From Eledone cirrhosa (lineage: Eukaryota): a DNA stretch of 64,000 nt. Position numbers and translations under genes: made by a program. Below the pieces are notes generated by a model that ran no database searches, was not told where the DNA came from, and worked only from the letters and a program-made list of their open reading frames with translations. The stretch is taken from assembly GCA_964016885.1 (NCBI GenBank), contig OZ024740.1, positions 417,694,001-417,758,000 on the forward strand, written 5' to 3'. This document shows, one piece after another, positions 1 to 13,000 of the stretch (the first letter of the stretch is position 1; every line of letters starts with the position of its first letter).

Positions 1-1819
1 CTACAGACATGTGGTTAGAATATCTCAGGAAAGTATCTCCGAATTGAGAGACCACAGCCCTGATATTACAGACATGTGGCTAGAATGTCTCAGGAAAGAA
101 TCTCCGAATTGAGACAACCACAGCTCTGATATTACAGACATGTGGCTAGAATATCTCAGGAAAGAATCTCTGAATTGAGAGATCACAGCTCTGATATTAC
201 AGGCATGGGACTAGAATGTCTCAGGAAAGAATCTCCGAATTGAAAGATCACAGCTCTGATATTACAGACATGTGGATAGAATGTCTCAGGAAAGAATCTC
301 CGAATTGAAAGACCACAGCTGTGATATTACAGACATGTGGCTAGAATGTCTCAGGAAAGAATCTCCGAATTGAGAGACCACAGCTCTGATATTACAGACA
401 TGTGGCTAGAATGTCTCAGGAAAGAATCTCCGAATTGAGAGACGACAGCTCTGATATTACAGACATGTGGTTAGAATGTCTCAGGAAAGAATCTCTGAAT
501 TGAGAGACGACAGCTCTGATATTACAGACATGTGGCTACAATGTCTCAGGAAAGAATCTCTGAATTGAGAGACGACAGCTCTGATATTACAGACATGTGG
601 CTAGAATATCTCAGGAAAGAATCTCTGAATTGAGAGATCATTGCTCTGATATTACAGACATGTGGCAAGAATGTCTCAGGAAAGAATCTCTGAATTGAGA
701 GACCACAGCTCTGATACTACAGACATGTGGTTAGAATGTCTCAGGAAAGAATCTCTGAATTGAGAGACCACAGCTCTGATACTACAGAGATGTGGCTAGA
801 CTATCTCAGGAAAGAATCTGTGAATTGAGAGATCACAGCTCTGATATTACAGACATGTGGCTAAAATGTCTCAGGAAAGAATCTCCGAATTGAGAGACCA
901 CAGCTCTGATATTACAGACATGTGGCTAGAATATCTCAGGAAAGAATCGCTGAATTGAGAGATCACAGCTCTGATATTATAGTCATGGGGCTAGAATGTC
1001 TCAGGAAAGAATCTCCGAATTGAAAGATCACAGCTCTGATATACAGACATGTGGTTAGAATGTCTCAGGAAAGAATCTCCGAATTGAAAGACCACAGCTC
1101 TGATATTACAGACATGTGGCTAGAATGTCTCAGGAAAGAATCTCCGAATTGAGAGACCACAGCTCTGATATAACAGACATGTGGCTAGAATGTCTCAGGA
1201 AAGAATCTCTGAATTGAGAAGAGATCACAACTCTGATATTACTGGTATGGGGCTAGAATGTCTCAGGAAAGAATCTCCGAATTGAAAGAACACAGCTCTG
1301 ATATTACAGACATGTGGATAGAATGTCTCAGGAAAGAATCTCCGAATTGAAAGACCACAGCTCTGATATTACAGACATGTGGCTAGAATGTCTCAGGAAA
1401 GAATCTCCGAATTGAAAGACCACAGCTCTGATATTACAGACATGTGGCTAGATTGTCTCAGGAAAGAATCTCCGAATTGAGAGACCACAGCTCTGATATT
1501 ACAGACATGTGGCTAGTATGTCACAGGAAAGAATCTCTGAATTGAGAGATCACAGCTCTGATATTACAGACATGTGGTTAGAATGTCTCAGGAAAGAATC
1601 TTTGAATTGAGAGACCACAGTTCTGATATTACAGACATATGGTTAGAATGTCTCAGGAAAGAGTCTCTGAATTGAGAGACAACGGCTCTGATGTTACAGG
1701 CATGTGGTTAGAATGTCTCAGGAAAGAATCTCTGAATTGAGAGACCACAGCTCTGATACTACAGACATGTGGTTAGAATGTCTCAGGAAAGAATCTCCGA
1801 ATTGAGAGACCCCAGCTCT

Positions 1820-4800
1820 GATATTACAGACATGAGGCTAGAATATCTCAGGAAAGAATCTCTGAATTGAGAGATCACAGCTCTGATATTACAGACATGT
1901 GGCAAGAATGTCTCAGGAAAGAATCTCTGAATTGAGAGACCACAGCTCTGATACTACAGACATGTGGTTAGAATGTCTCAGGAAAGAATCTCCGAATTGA
2001 GAGACCACAGCTCTGATGTTACAGACATGTGGTTAGAATGTCTCAGGAAAGAGTCTCTGAATTGAGAGACGACAGCTCTGATATAACAGACATGTGGCTA
2101 GAATATCTCAGGAAAGAATCTCCGAATTGAGAGATCACAGCTCTGATATTACAGACATGTGGCAAGAATGTCTCAGGAAAGAATCTCTGAATTGAGAGAC
2201 CACAGCTCTGATACTACAGACATGTGGTTAGAATATCTCAGGAAAGAATCTCCGAATTGAGAGACCACAGCCCTGATATTACAGATATGTGGCTAGAATG
2301 TCTCAGGAAAGAATCTCCGAATTGAGACAACCACAGCTCTGATATTACAGACATGTGGCTAGAATATCTCAGGAAAGAATCTCTGAATTGAGAGATCACA
2401 GCTCTGATATTACAGGCATGGGACTAGAATGTCTCAGGAAAGAATCTCCGAATTGAAAGATCACAGCTCTGATATTACAGACATGTGGATAGAATGTCTC
2501 AGGAAAGAATCTCCGAATTGAAAGACCACAGCTGTGATATTACAGACATGTGGCTAGAATGTCTCAGGAAAGAATCTCCGAATTGAGAGACCACAGCTCT
2601 GATATTACAGACATGGGCAAGAATGTCTCAGGAAAGAATCTCTGAATTGAGAGACCACAGCTCTGATACTACAGACATGTGGTTAGAATGTCTCAGGAAA
2701 GAATCTCCGAATTGAGAGACCACAGCTCTGATATTACAGACATGTGGCTAGAATGTCTCAGGAAAGAATCTCCGAATTGAGAGACCAGAGCTCTGATATT
2801 ACAGACATGTGGCTAGAATATCTCAGGAAAGAATCTCTGAATTGAGAGATCACAGCTCTGATATTACAGGCATGGGGTTAGAATGTCTCAGGAAAGAATC
2901 TCCGAGTTGAAAGATCACAGCTCTGATATTACAAACATGTGGATAGAATGTCTAAGGAAAGAATCTCCGAATTGAAAGACCATAGCACTGATATTACAGA
3001 CATGTGGCTAGAATGTCTCAGGAAAGAATCTCCGAATTGAGAGACGACAGCTCTGATATTACAGACATGTGGCTAGAATGTCTCAGGAAAGAATCTCTGA
3101 ATTGAGAGACGACAGCTCTGATATTACACACATGTGGCTAGAATGTCTCAGGAAAGAATCTTCGAATTGAGAGATCACAGCTCTGATATTACAGACATGT
3201 GGTTAGAATGTCTTTGGAAAGAATCTCTGAATTGAGAGACGACAGCTCTGATATTACAGACGTGTGGCTAGAATGTCTCAGGAAAGAATCTCTGAATTGA
3301 GAGATCACAGCTCTGATATTACAGACATGTGGCAAGAATGTCTCAGGAAAGAATCTCTGAATTGAGAGATAACATCTCTGATATTACAGACATGTGGCTA
3401 GAATGTCTCAGGAAAGAATCTCCGAATTGTGAGACCACAGCTCTGATATTACAGACATGTGGCAAGAATGTCTCAGGAAAGAATCTCTGAATTGAGAGAT
3501 AACATCTCTGATATTACAGACATGAGGCTAGAATATCTCAGGAAAGAATCTCTGAATTGAGAGATCACAGCTCTGATATTACAGACATGTGGCAAGAATG
3601 TCTCAGGAAAGAATCTCTGAATTGAGAGACCACAGCTCTGATACTACAGACATGTGGTTAGAATGTCTCAGGAAAGAATCTCCGAATTGAGAGACCACAG
3701 CTCTGATGTTACAGACATGTGGTTAGAATGTCTCAGGAAAGAGTCTCTGAATTGAGAGACGACAGCTCTGATATAACAGACATGTGGCTAGAATATCTCA
3801 GGAAAGAATCTCCGAATTGAGAGATCACAGCTCTGATATTACAGACATGTGGCAAGAATGTCTCAGGAAAGAATCTCTGAATTGAGAGACCACAGCTCTG
3901 ATACTACAGACATGTGGTTAGAATATCTCAGGAAAGAATCTCCGAATTGAGAGACCACAGCCCTGATATTACAGATATGTGGCTAGAATGTCTCAGGAAA
4001 GAATCTCCGAATTGAGACAACCACAGCTCTGATATTACAGACATGTGGCTAGAATATCTCAGGAAAGAATCTCTGAATTGAGAGATCACAGCTCTGATAT
4101 TACAGGCATGGGACTAGAATGTCTCAGGAAAGAATCTCCGAATTGAAAGATCACAGCTCTGATATTACAGACATGTGGATAGAATGTCTCAGGAAAGAAT
4201 CTCCGAATTGAAAGACCACAGCTGTGATATTACAGACATGTGGCTAGAATGTCTCAGGAAAGAATCTCCGAATTGAGAGACCACAGCTCTGATATTACAG
4301 ACATGTGGCTAGAATGTCTCAGGAAAGAGTCTCTGAATTGAGAGACGACAGCTCTGATATAACAGACATGTGGCTAGAATATCTCAGGAAAGAATCTCTG
4401 AATTGAGAGATCACAGCTCTGATATTACAGACATGGGCAAGAATGTCTCAGGAAAGAATCTCTGAATTGAGAGACCACAGCTCTGATACTACAGACATGT
4501 GGTTAGAATGTCTCAGGAAAGAATCTCCGAATTGAGAGACCACAGCTCTGATATTACAGACATGTGGCTAGAATGTCTCAGGAAAGAATCTCCGAATTGA
4601 GAGACCAGAGCTCTGATATTACAGACATGTGGCTAGAATATTTCAGGAAAGAATCTCTGAATTGAGAGATCACAGCTCTGATATTACAGGCATGGGGTTA
4701 GAATGTCTCAGGAAAGAATCTCCGAGTTGAAAGATCACAGCTCTGATATTACAAACATGTGGATAGAATGTCTAAGGAAAGAATCTCCGAATTGAAAGAC

Positions 4801-5270
4801 CATAGCACTGATATTACAGACATGTGGCTAGAATGTCTCAGGAAAGAATCTCCGAATTGAGAGACGACAGCTCTGATATTACAGACATGTGGCTAGAATG
4901 TCTCAGGAAAGAATCTCTGAATTGAGAGACGACAGCTCTGATATTACACACATGTGGCTAGAATGTCTCAGGAAAGAATCTTCGAATTGAGAGATCACAG
5001 CTCTGATATTACAGACATGTGGTTAGAATGTCTTTGGAAAGAATCTCTGAATTGAGAGACGACAGCTCTGATATTACAGACGTGTGGCTAGAATGTCTCA
5101 GGAAAGAATCTCTGAATTGAGAGATCACAGCTCTGATATTACAGACATGTGGCAAGAATGTCTCAGGAAAGAATCTCTGAATTGAGAGATAACATCTCTG
5201 ATATTACAGACATGTGGCTAGAATGTCTCAGGAAAGAATCTCCGAATTGTGAGACCACAGCTCTGATATT
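1820..5270 (+). repeat. Tandem duplication of a 26/28-monomer block (offset 1690 then 1820 bp)
   Basis: Private variants are paired: CATGAGGCTA 1831/3521 and ATTGAGACAA 2321/4011 (1690 = 26x65); ACATGGGCAA 2611/4431 and TCTAAGGAAA 2951/4771 (1820 = 28x65). Confidence 0.85.
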
Positions 5271-7010
5271 ACAGACATGTGGCTAGAATATCTCAGGAAA
5301 GAATCTCTGAATTGAGAGATCACAGCTCTGATATTACAGGCATGGGGCTAGAATGTCTCAGGAAAGAATCTCCGAATTGAAAGATCACAGCTCTGATATT
5401 ACAAACATGTGGATAGAATGTCTCAGGAAAGAATCTCCGAATTGAGAGACCACAGCTCTGATATTACAGACATGTGGCTAGAATGTCTCAGGAAAGAATC
5501 TCCGAATTGAGAGACCACAGCTCTGATATTACAGACATGTAACTAGAATGTCTCAGGAAAGAATCTCCGAATTGAGAGACGACAGCTCTGATATTACAGA
5601 CATGTGGCTAGAATGTCTTAGGAAAGAATCTTCGAATTGAGAGATCACAGCTCTGATATTACAGACATGTGGTTAGAATGTCTTTGGAAAGAATCTCTGA
5701 ACTGAGAGACGACAGCTCTGATATTACAGACGTGTGGCTAGAATGTCTCAGGAAAGAATCTCTGAATTGAGAGACCACAGCCCTGATATTACAGACATGT
5801 GGCTAGAATGTCTCAGGAAAGAATCTCCGAATTGAGACAACCACAGCTCTGATATTACAGACATGTGGCTAGAATATCTCAGGAAAGAATCTCTGAATTG
5901 AGAGATCACAGCTCTGATATTACAGGCATGGGACTAGAATGTCTCAGGAAAGAATCTCCGAATTGAAAGATCACAGCTCTGATATTACAGACATGTGGAT
6001 AGAATGTCTCAGGAAAGAATCTCCGAATTGAAAGACCACAGCTGTGATATTACAGACATGTGGCTAGAATGTCTCAGGAAAGAATCTCCGAATTGAGAGA
6101 CCACAGCTCTGATATTACAGACATGTGGCTAGAATGTCTCAGGAAAGAGTCTCTGAATTGAGAGACGACAGCTCTGATATAACAGACATGTGGCTAGAAT
6201 ATCTCAGGAAAGAATCTCTGAATTGAGAGATCACAGCTCTGATATTACAGACATGTGGCAAGAATGTCTCAGGAAAGAATCTCTGAATTGAGAGACCACA
6301 GCTCTGATACTACAGACATGTGGTTAGAATGTCTCAGGAAAGAATCTCCGAATTGAGAGACCACAGCTCTGATATTACAGACATGTGGCTAGAATGTCTC
6401 AGGAAAGAATCTCCGAATTGTGAGACCACAGCTCTGATATTACAGACATGTGGCTAGAATATCTCAGGAAAGAATCTCTGAATTGAGAGATCACAGCTCT
6501 GATATTACAGGCATGGGGCTAGAATGTCTCAGGAAAGAATCTCCGAATTGAAAGATCACAGCTCTGATATTACAAACATGTGGATAGAATGTCTCAGGAA
6601 AGAATCTCCGAATTGAGAGACCACAGCTCTGATATTACAGACATGTGGCTAGAATGTCTCAGGAAAGAATCTCCGAATTGAGAGACCACAGCTCTGATAT
6701 TACAGACATGTGGCTAGAATGTCTCAGGAAAGAATCTTCGAATTGAGAGATCACAGCTCTGATATTACAGACATGTGGTTAGAATGTCTTTGGAAAGAAT
6801 CTCTGAATTGAGAGACGACAGCTCTGATATTACAGACGTGTGGCTAGAATGTCTCAGGAAAGAATCTCTGAATTGAGAGACCACAGCTCTGATATTACAG
6901 ACATGTGGCTAGAATATCTCAGGAAAGAATCTCCGAATTGAGAGACCAGAGCTCTGATATTACAGACATGTGGCAAGAATGTCTCAGGAAAGAATCTCTG
7001 AATTGAGAGA

Positions 7011-10000
7011 CCTACAGACATGTGGTTAGAATGTCTCAGGAAAGAATCTCCGAATTGAGAGACCACAGCTCTGATATTACAGACATGTGGCTAGAATATC
7101 TCAGGAAAGAATCTCTGAATTGAGAGATCACAGCTCTGATATTACAGACAGGTGGCAAGAATGTCTCAGGAAAGAATCTCTGAATTGAGAGACCACAGCT
7201 CTGATACTACAGACATGTGGTTAGAATGTCTCAGGAAAGAATCTCCGAATTGAGAGACCACAGCTCTGATGTTACAGACATGTGGTTAGAATGTCTCAGG
7301 AAAGAGTCTCTGAATTGAGAGACGACAGCTCTGATATAACAGACATGTGGCTAGAATATCTCAGGAAAGAATCTCTGAATTGAGAGATCACAGCTCTGAT
7401 ATTACAGACATGTGGCAAGAATGTCTCAGGAAAGAATCTCTGAATTGAGAGACCACAGCTCTGATACTACAGAGATGTGGTTAGAATATCTCAGGAAAGA
7501 ATCTCCGAATTGAGAGACCACAGCCCTGATATTACAGACATGTGGCTAGAATATCTCAGGAAAGAATCTCTGAATTGAGAGATCACAGCTCTGATATTAC
7601 AGGCATGGGACTAGAATGTCTCAGGAAAGAATCTCCGAATTGAAAGATCACAGCTCTGATATTACAGACATGTGGATAGAATGTCTCAGGAAAGAATCTC
7701 CGAATTGAAAGACCACAGCTGTGATATTACAGACATGTGGCTAGAATGTCTCAGGAAAGAATCTCCGAATTGAGAGACCACAGCTCTGATATTACAGACA
7801 TGTGGCTAGAATGTCTCAGAAAAGAGTCTCTGAATTGAGAGACGACAGCTCTGATATAACAGACATGTGGCTAGAATATCTCAGGAAAGAATCTCTGAAT
7901 TGAGAGATCACAGCTCTGATATTACAGACATGTGGCAAGAATGTCTCAGGAAAGAATCTCTGAATTGAGAGACCACAGCTCTGATACTACAGACATGTGG
8001 TTAGAATGTCTCAGGAAAGAATATACGAATTGAGAGACCACAGCTCTGATATTACAGACATGTGGCTCGAATGTCTCAGGAAAGAATCTCTGAATTGTGA
8101 GACCACAGCTCTGATATTACAGACATGTGGCTAGAATATCTCAGGAAAGAATCTCTGAATTGAGAGATCACAGCTCTGATATTACAGGCATGGGGCTAGA
8201 ATGTCTCAGGAAAGAATCTCCGAATTGAAAGATCACAGCTCTGATATTACAAACATGTGGATAGAATGTCTCAGGAAAGAATCTCCGAATTGAGAGACCA
8301 CAGCTCTGATATTACAGACATGTGGCTAGAATGTCTCAGGAAAGAATCTCCGAATTGAGAGACCACAGCTCTGATATTACAGACATGTAACTAGAATGTC
8401 TCAGGAAAGAATCTCCGAATTGAGAGACGACAGCTCTGATATTACAGACATGTGGCTAGAATGTCTCAGGAAAGAATCTTCGAATTGAGAGATCACAGCT
8501 CTGATATTACAGACATGTGTTTAGAATGTCTTTGGAAAGAATCTCTGAATTGAGAGACGACAGCTCTGATATTACAGACGTGTGGCTAGAATGTCTCAGG
8601 AAAGAATCTCTGAATTGAGAGACCACAGCTCTGATATTACAGACATGTGGCTAGAATATCTCAGGAAAGAATCTCCGAATTGAGAGACCAGAGCTCTGAT
8701 ATTACAGACATGTGGCAAGAATGTCTCAGGAAAGAATCTCTGAATTGAGAGACCTACAGACATGTGGTTAGAATGTCTCAGGAAAGAATCTCCGAATTGA
8801 GAGACCACAGCTCTGATATTACAGACATGTGGCTAGAATATCTCAGGAAAGAATCTCTGAATTGAGAGATCACAGCTCTGATATTACAGGCATGGGGCTA
8901 GAATGTCTCAGGAAAGAATCTCCGAATTGAAAGATCACAGCTCTGATATTACAGACATGTGGATAGAATGTCTCAGGAAAGAATCTCCGAATTGAGAGAC
9001 CACAGCTCTGATATTACAGACATGTGGCTAGAATGTCTCAGGAAAGAATCTCCGAATTGAGAGACCACAGCTCTGATATTACAGACATGTAACTAGAATG
9101 TCTCAGGAAAGAATCTCCGAATTGAGAGACGACAGCTCTGATATTACAGACATGTGGTTAGAATGTCTCAGGAAAGAATCTTCGAATTGAGAGATCACAG
9201 CTCTGATATTACAGACATGTGGCTAGAATGTCTCAGGAAAGAATCTTCGAATTGAGAGATCACAGCTCTGATATTACAGACATGTGGTTAGAATGTCTTT
9301 GGAAAGAATCTCTGAATTGAGAGACCACAGCTCTGATATTACAGACATGTGGCTAGAATATCTCAGGAAAGAATCTCCGAATAGAGAGACCAGAGCTCTG
9401 ATATTACAGACATTTGGCAAGAATGTCTCAGGAAAGAATCTCTGAATTGAGAGACCTACAGACATGTGGTTAGAATGTCTCAGGAAAGAATCTCCGAATT
9501 GAGAGACCACAGCTCTGATATTACAGACATGTGGCTAGAATATCTCAGGAAAGAATCTCTGAATTGAGAGATCACAGCTCTGATATTACAGACAGGTGGC
9601 AAGAATGTCTCAGGAAAGAATCTCTGAATTGAGAGACCACAGCTCTGATACTACAGACATGTGGTTAGAATGTCTCAGGAAAGAATCTCCGAATTGAGAG
9701 ACCACAGTTCTGATGTTACAGACATGTGGTTAGAATGTCTCAGGAAAGAGTCTCTGAATTGAGAGACGACAGCTCTGATATAACAGACATGTGGCTAGAA
9801 TATCTCAGGAAAGAATCTCTGAATTGAGAGATCACAGCTCTGATATTACAGACATGTGGCAAGAATGTCTCAGGAAAGAATCTCTGAATTGAGAGACCAC
9901 AGCTCTGATACTACAGAGATGTGGTTAGAATATCTCAGGAAAGAATCTCCGAATTGAGAGACCACAGCCCTGATATTACAGACATGTGGCTAGAATGTCT

Positions 10001-13000
10001 CAGGAAAGAATCTCCGAATTGAGAGACCACAGCTCTGATATTACAGACATGTGGCTAGAATATCTCAGGAAAGAATCTCTGAATTGAGAGATCACAGCTC
10101 TGATATTACAGGCAGTGGACTAGAATGTCTCAGGAAAGAATCTCCGAATTGAAAGATCACAGCTCTGATATTACAGACATGTGGATAGAATGTCTCAGGA
10201 AAGAATCTTCGAATTGAGAGATCACAGCTCTGATATTACAGACATGTGGTTAGAATGTCTTTGGAAAGAATCTCTGAATTGAGAGACGACAGCTCTGATA
10301 TTACAGACGTGTGGCTAGAATGTCTCAGGAAAGAATCTCTGAATTGAGAGACCACAGCTCTGATATTACAGACATGTGGCTAGAATATCTCAGGAAAGAA
10401 TCTCCGAATTGAGAGACCAGAGCTCTGATATTACAGACATGTGGCAAGAATGTCTCAGGAAAGAATCTCTGAATTGAGAGACCTACAGACATGTGGTTAG
10501 AATGTCTCAGGAAAGAATCTCCGAATTGAGAGACCACAGCCCTGATATTACAGACATGTGGCTAGAATGTCTCAGGAAAGAATCTCCGAATTGAGACAAC
10601 CACAGCTCTGATATTACAGACATGTGGCTAGAATATCTCAGGAAAGAATCTCTGAATTGAGAGATCACAGCTCTGGTATTACAGGCATGGGACTAGAATG
10701 TCTCAGGAAAGAATCTCCGAATTGAAAGATCACAGCTCTGATATTACAGACATGTGGATAGAATGTCTCAGGAAAGAATCTCCGAATTGAAAGACCACAG
10801 CTGTGATATTACAGACATGTGGCTAGAATGTCTCAGGAAAGAATCTCCAAATTGAGAGACCACAGCTCTGATATTACAGACATGTGGCTAGAATATCTGA
10901 GGAAAGAATCTCCGAATTGAGAGACCAGAGCTCTGATATTACAGACATGTGGCAAGAATATCTCAGGAAAGAATCTCGGAATTGAAAGATCACAGCTCTG
11001 ATATTACAAACATGTGGATAGAATGTCTCAGGAAAGAATCTCCGAATTGAGAGACCACAGCTCTGATACTACAGACATGTGGTTAGAATGTCTCAGGAAA
11101 GAATCTCCGAATTGAGAGACCACAGCTCTGATATTACAGATATGTGGTTAGAATATCTCAGGAAAGAATCTCTGAATTGAGAGATCACAGCTCTGATATT
11201 ACAGACATGTGACTAGAATGTCTCAGGAAAGAGTCTCTGAATTGAGAGACCACAGCTCTGATATTACAGACATGAGGTTAGAACGTCTCAGGAAAGAATC
11301 TCTGAATTGTGAGATCACAGCTCTGATATTACAGACATGTGGTTAGAATGTCTCAGGAAAGAGTCTCTGAATTGAGAGACCACAGCTCTGATACTACAGA
11401 CATGTGGTTAGAATGTCTTAGGAAAGAATCTCTGAATTGAGAGACCACAGGTCTGATACTACAGACATGTGGTTAGAATGTCTCAGGAAAGAGTCTCTGA
11501 ATTGAGAGACCACAACTCCGATATTACAAACGTGTGGCTAGAATGTCTCAGGAAAGAGTCTCTGAATTGAGAGACCACAGCTCTGATGTTAAAGACATGT
11601 GGCTAGAATGTCTCAGGAAAGTGTCTCTGAATGGAGAGACCACAGCTCTGATACTACAGACATGTAGTTAGAATGTCTCAGGAAAGAGTCTCTGAATTGA
11701 GAGACCACAGCTCTGATATTACAGACATGTGGCTAGAATGTCTCAGCAAAGAACCTCTGAATTGAGAGATCACAGCTCTGATATTACAGACATGTGGCTA
11801 GAATATCTCAGGAAAGAATCTCCGAATAGAGAGACCAGAGCTCTGATATTACAGACATTTGGCAAGAATGTCTCAGGAAAGAATCTCTGAATTGAGAGAC
11901 CTACAGACATGTGGTTAGAATGTCTCAGGAAAGAATCTCCGAATTGAGAGACCACAGCTCTGATATTACAGACATGTGGCTAGAATATCTCAGGAAAGAA
12001 TCTCTGAATTGAGAGATCACAGCTCTGATATTACAGACAGGTGGCAAGAATGTCTCAGGAAAGAATCTCTGAATTGAGAGACCACAGCTCTGATACTACA
12101 GACATGTGGTTAGAATGTCTCAGGAAAGAATCTCCGAATTGAGAGACCACAGTTCTGATGTTACAGACATGTGGTTAGAATGTCTCAGGAAAGAGTCTCT
12201 GAATTGAGAGACGACAGCTCTGATATAACAGACATGTGGCTAGAATATCTCAGGAAAGAATCTCTGAATTGAGAGATCACAGCTCTGATATTACAGACAT
12301 GTGGCAAGAATGTCTCAGGAAAGAATCTCTGAATTGAGAGACCACAGCTCTGATACTACAGAGATGTGGTTAGAATATCTCAGGAAAGAATCTCCGAATT
12401 GAGAGACCACAGCCCTGATATTACAGACATGTGGCTAGAATGTCTCAGGAAAGAATCTCCGAATTGAGACAACCACAGCTCTGATATTACAGACATGTGG
12501 CTAGAATATCTCAGGAAAGAATCTCTGAATTGAGAGATCACAGCTCTGATATTACAGGCAGTGGACTAGAATGTCTCAGGAAAGAATCTCCGAATTGAAA
12601 GATCACAGCTCTGATATTACAGACATGTGGATAGAATGTCTCAGGAAAGAATCTCCGAATTGAGAGACGACAGCTCTGATATTACAGACATGTGGCTAGA
12701 ATGTCTCAGGAAAGAATCTTCGAATTGAGAGATCACAGCTCTGATATTACAGACATGTGGTTAGAATGTCTTTGGAAAGAATCTCTGAATTGAGAGACGA
12801 CAGCTCTGATATTACAGACGTGTGGCTAGAATGTCTCAGGAAAGAATCTCTGAATTGAGAGACCACAGCTCTGATATTACAGACATGTGGCTAGAATATC
12901 TCAGGAAAGAATCTCCGAATTGAGAGACCAGAGCTCTGATATTACAGACATGTGGCAAGAATGTCTCAGGAAAGAATCTCTGAATTGAGAGACCTACAGA

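Noticed and set aside
379-406. V(D)J recombination-signal-like CACAGCT-12 bp-ACATGTGGC
   Set aside because: The heptamer matches CACAGTG at only 5/7 and the nonamer matches ACAAAAACC at only 4/9. There are no gene segments.
396-435. p53 half-site (AGACATGTGG) and heat-shock-element-like nGAAn repeats
   Set aside because: There is only one imperfect p53 half-site, and the GAA units do not form a proper alternating nGAAnnTTCnnGAAn array.
407-435. Monomer built from five 13-bp subrepeats
   Set aside because: Only one internal similarity is visible (AGAATGTCTCAG versus AGAATCTCTG). The other 13-bp segments do not align.
6900-6975. PHVCNI...FGDSFLRHSSHM resembling a C2H2 zinc-finger repeat
   Set aside because: The second Cys, the paired His residues and the TGEKP linker are missing. 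The period is 65 bp rather than 84 bp and is not a multiple of 3, and every frame has stops.
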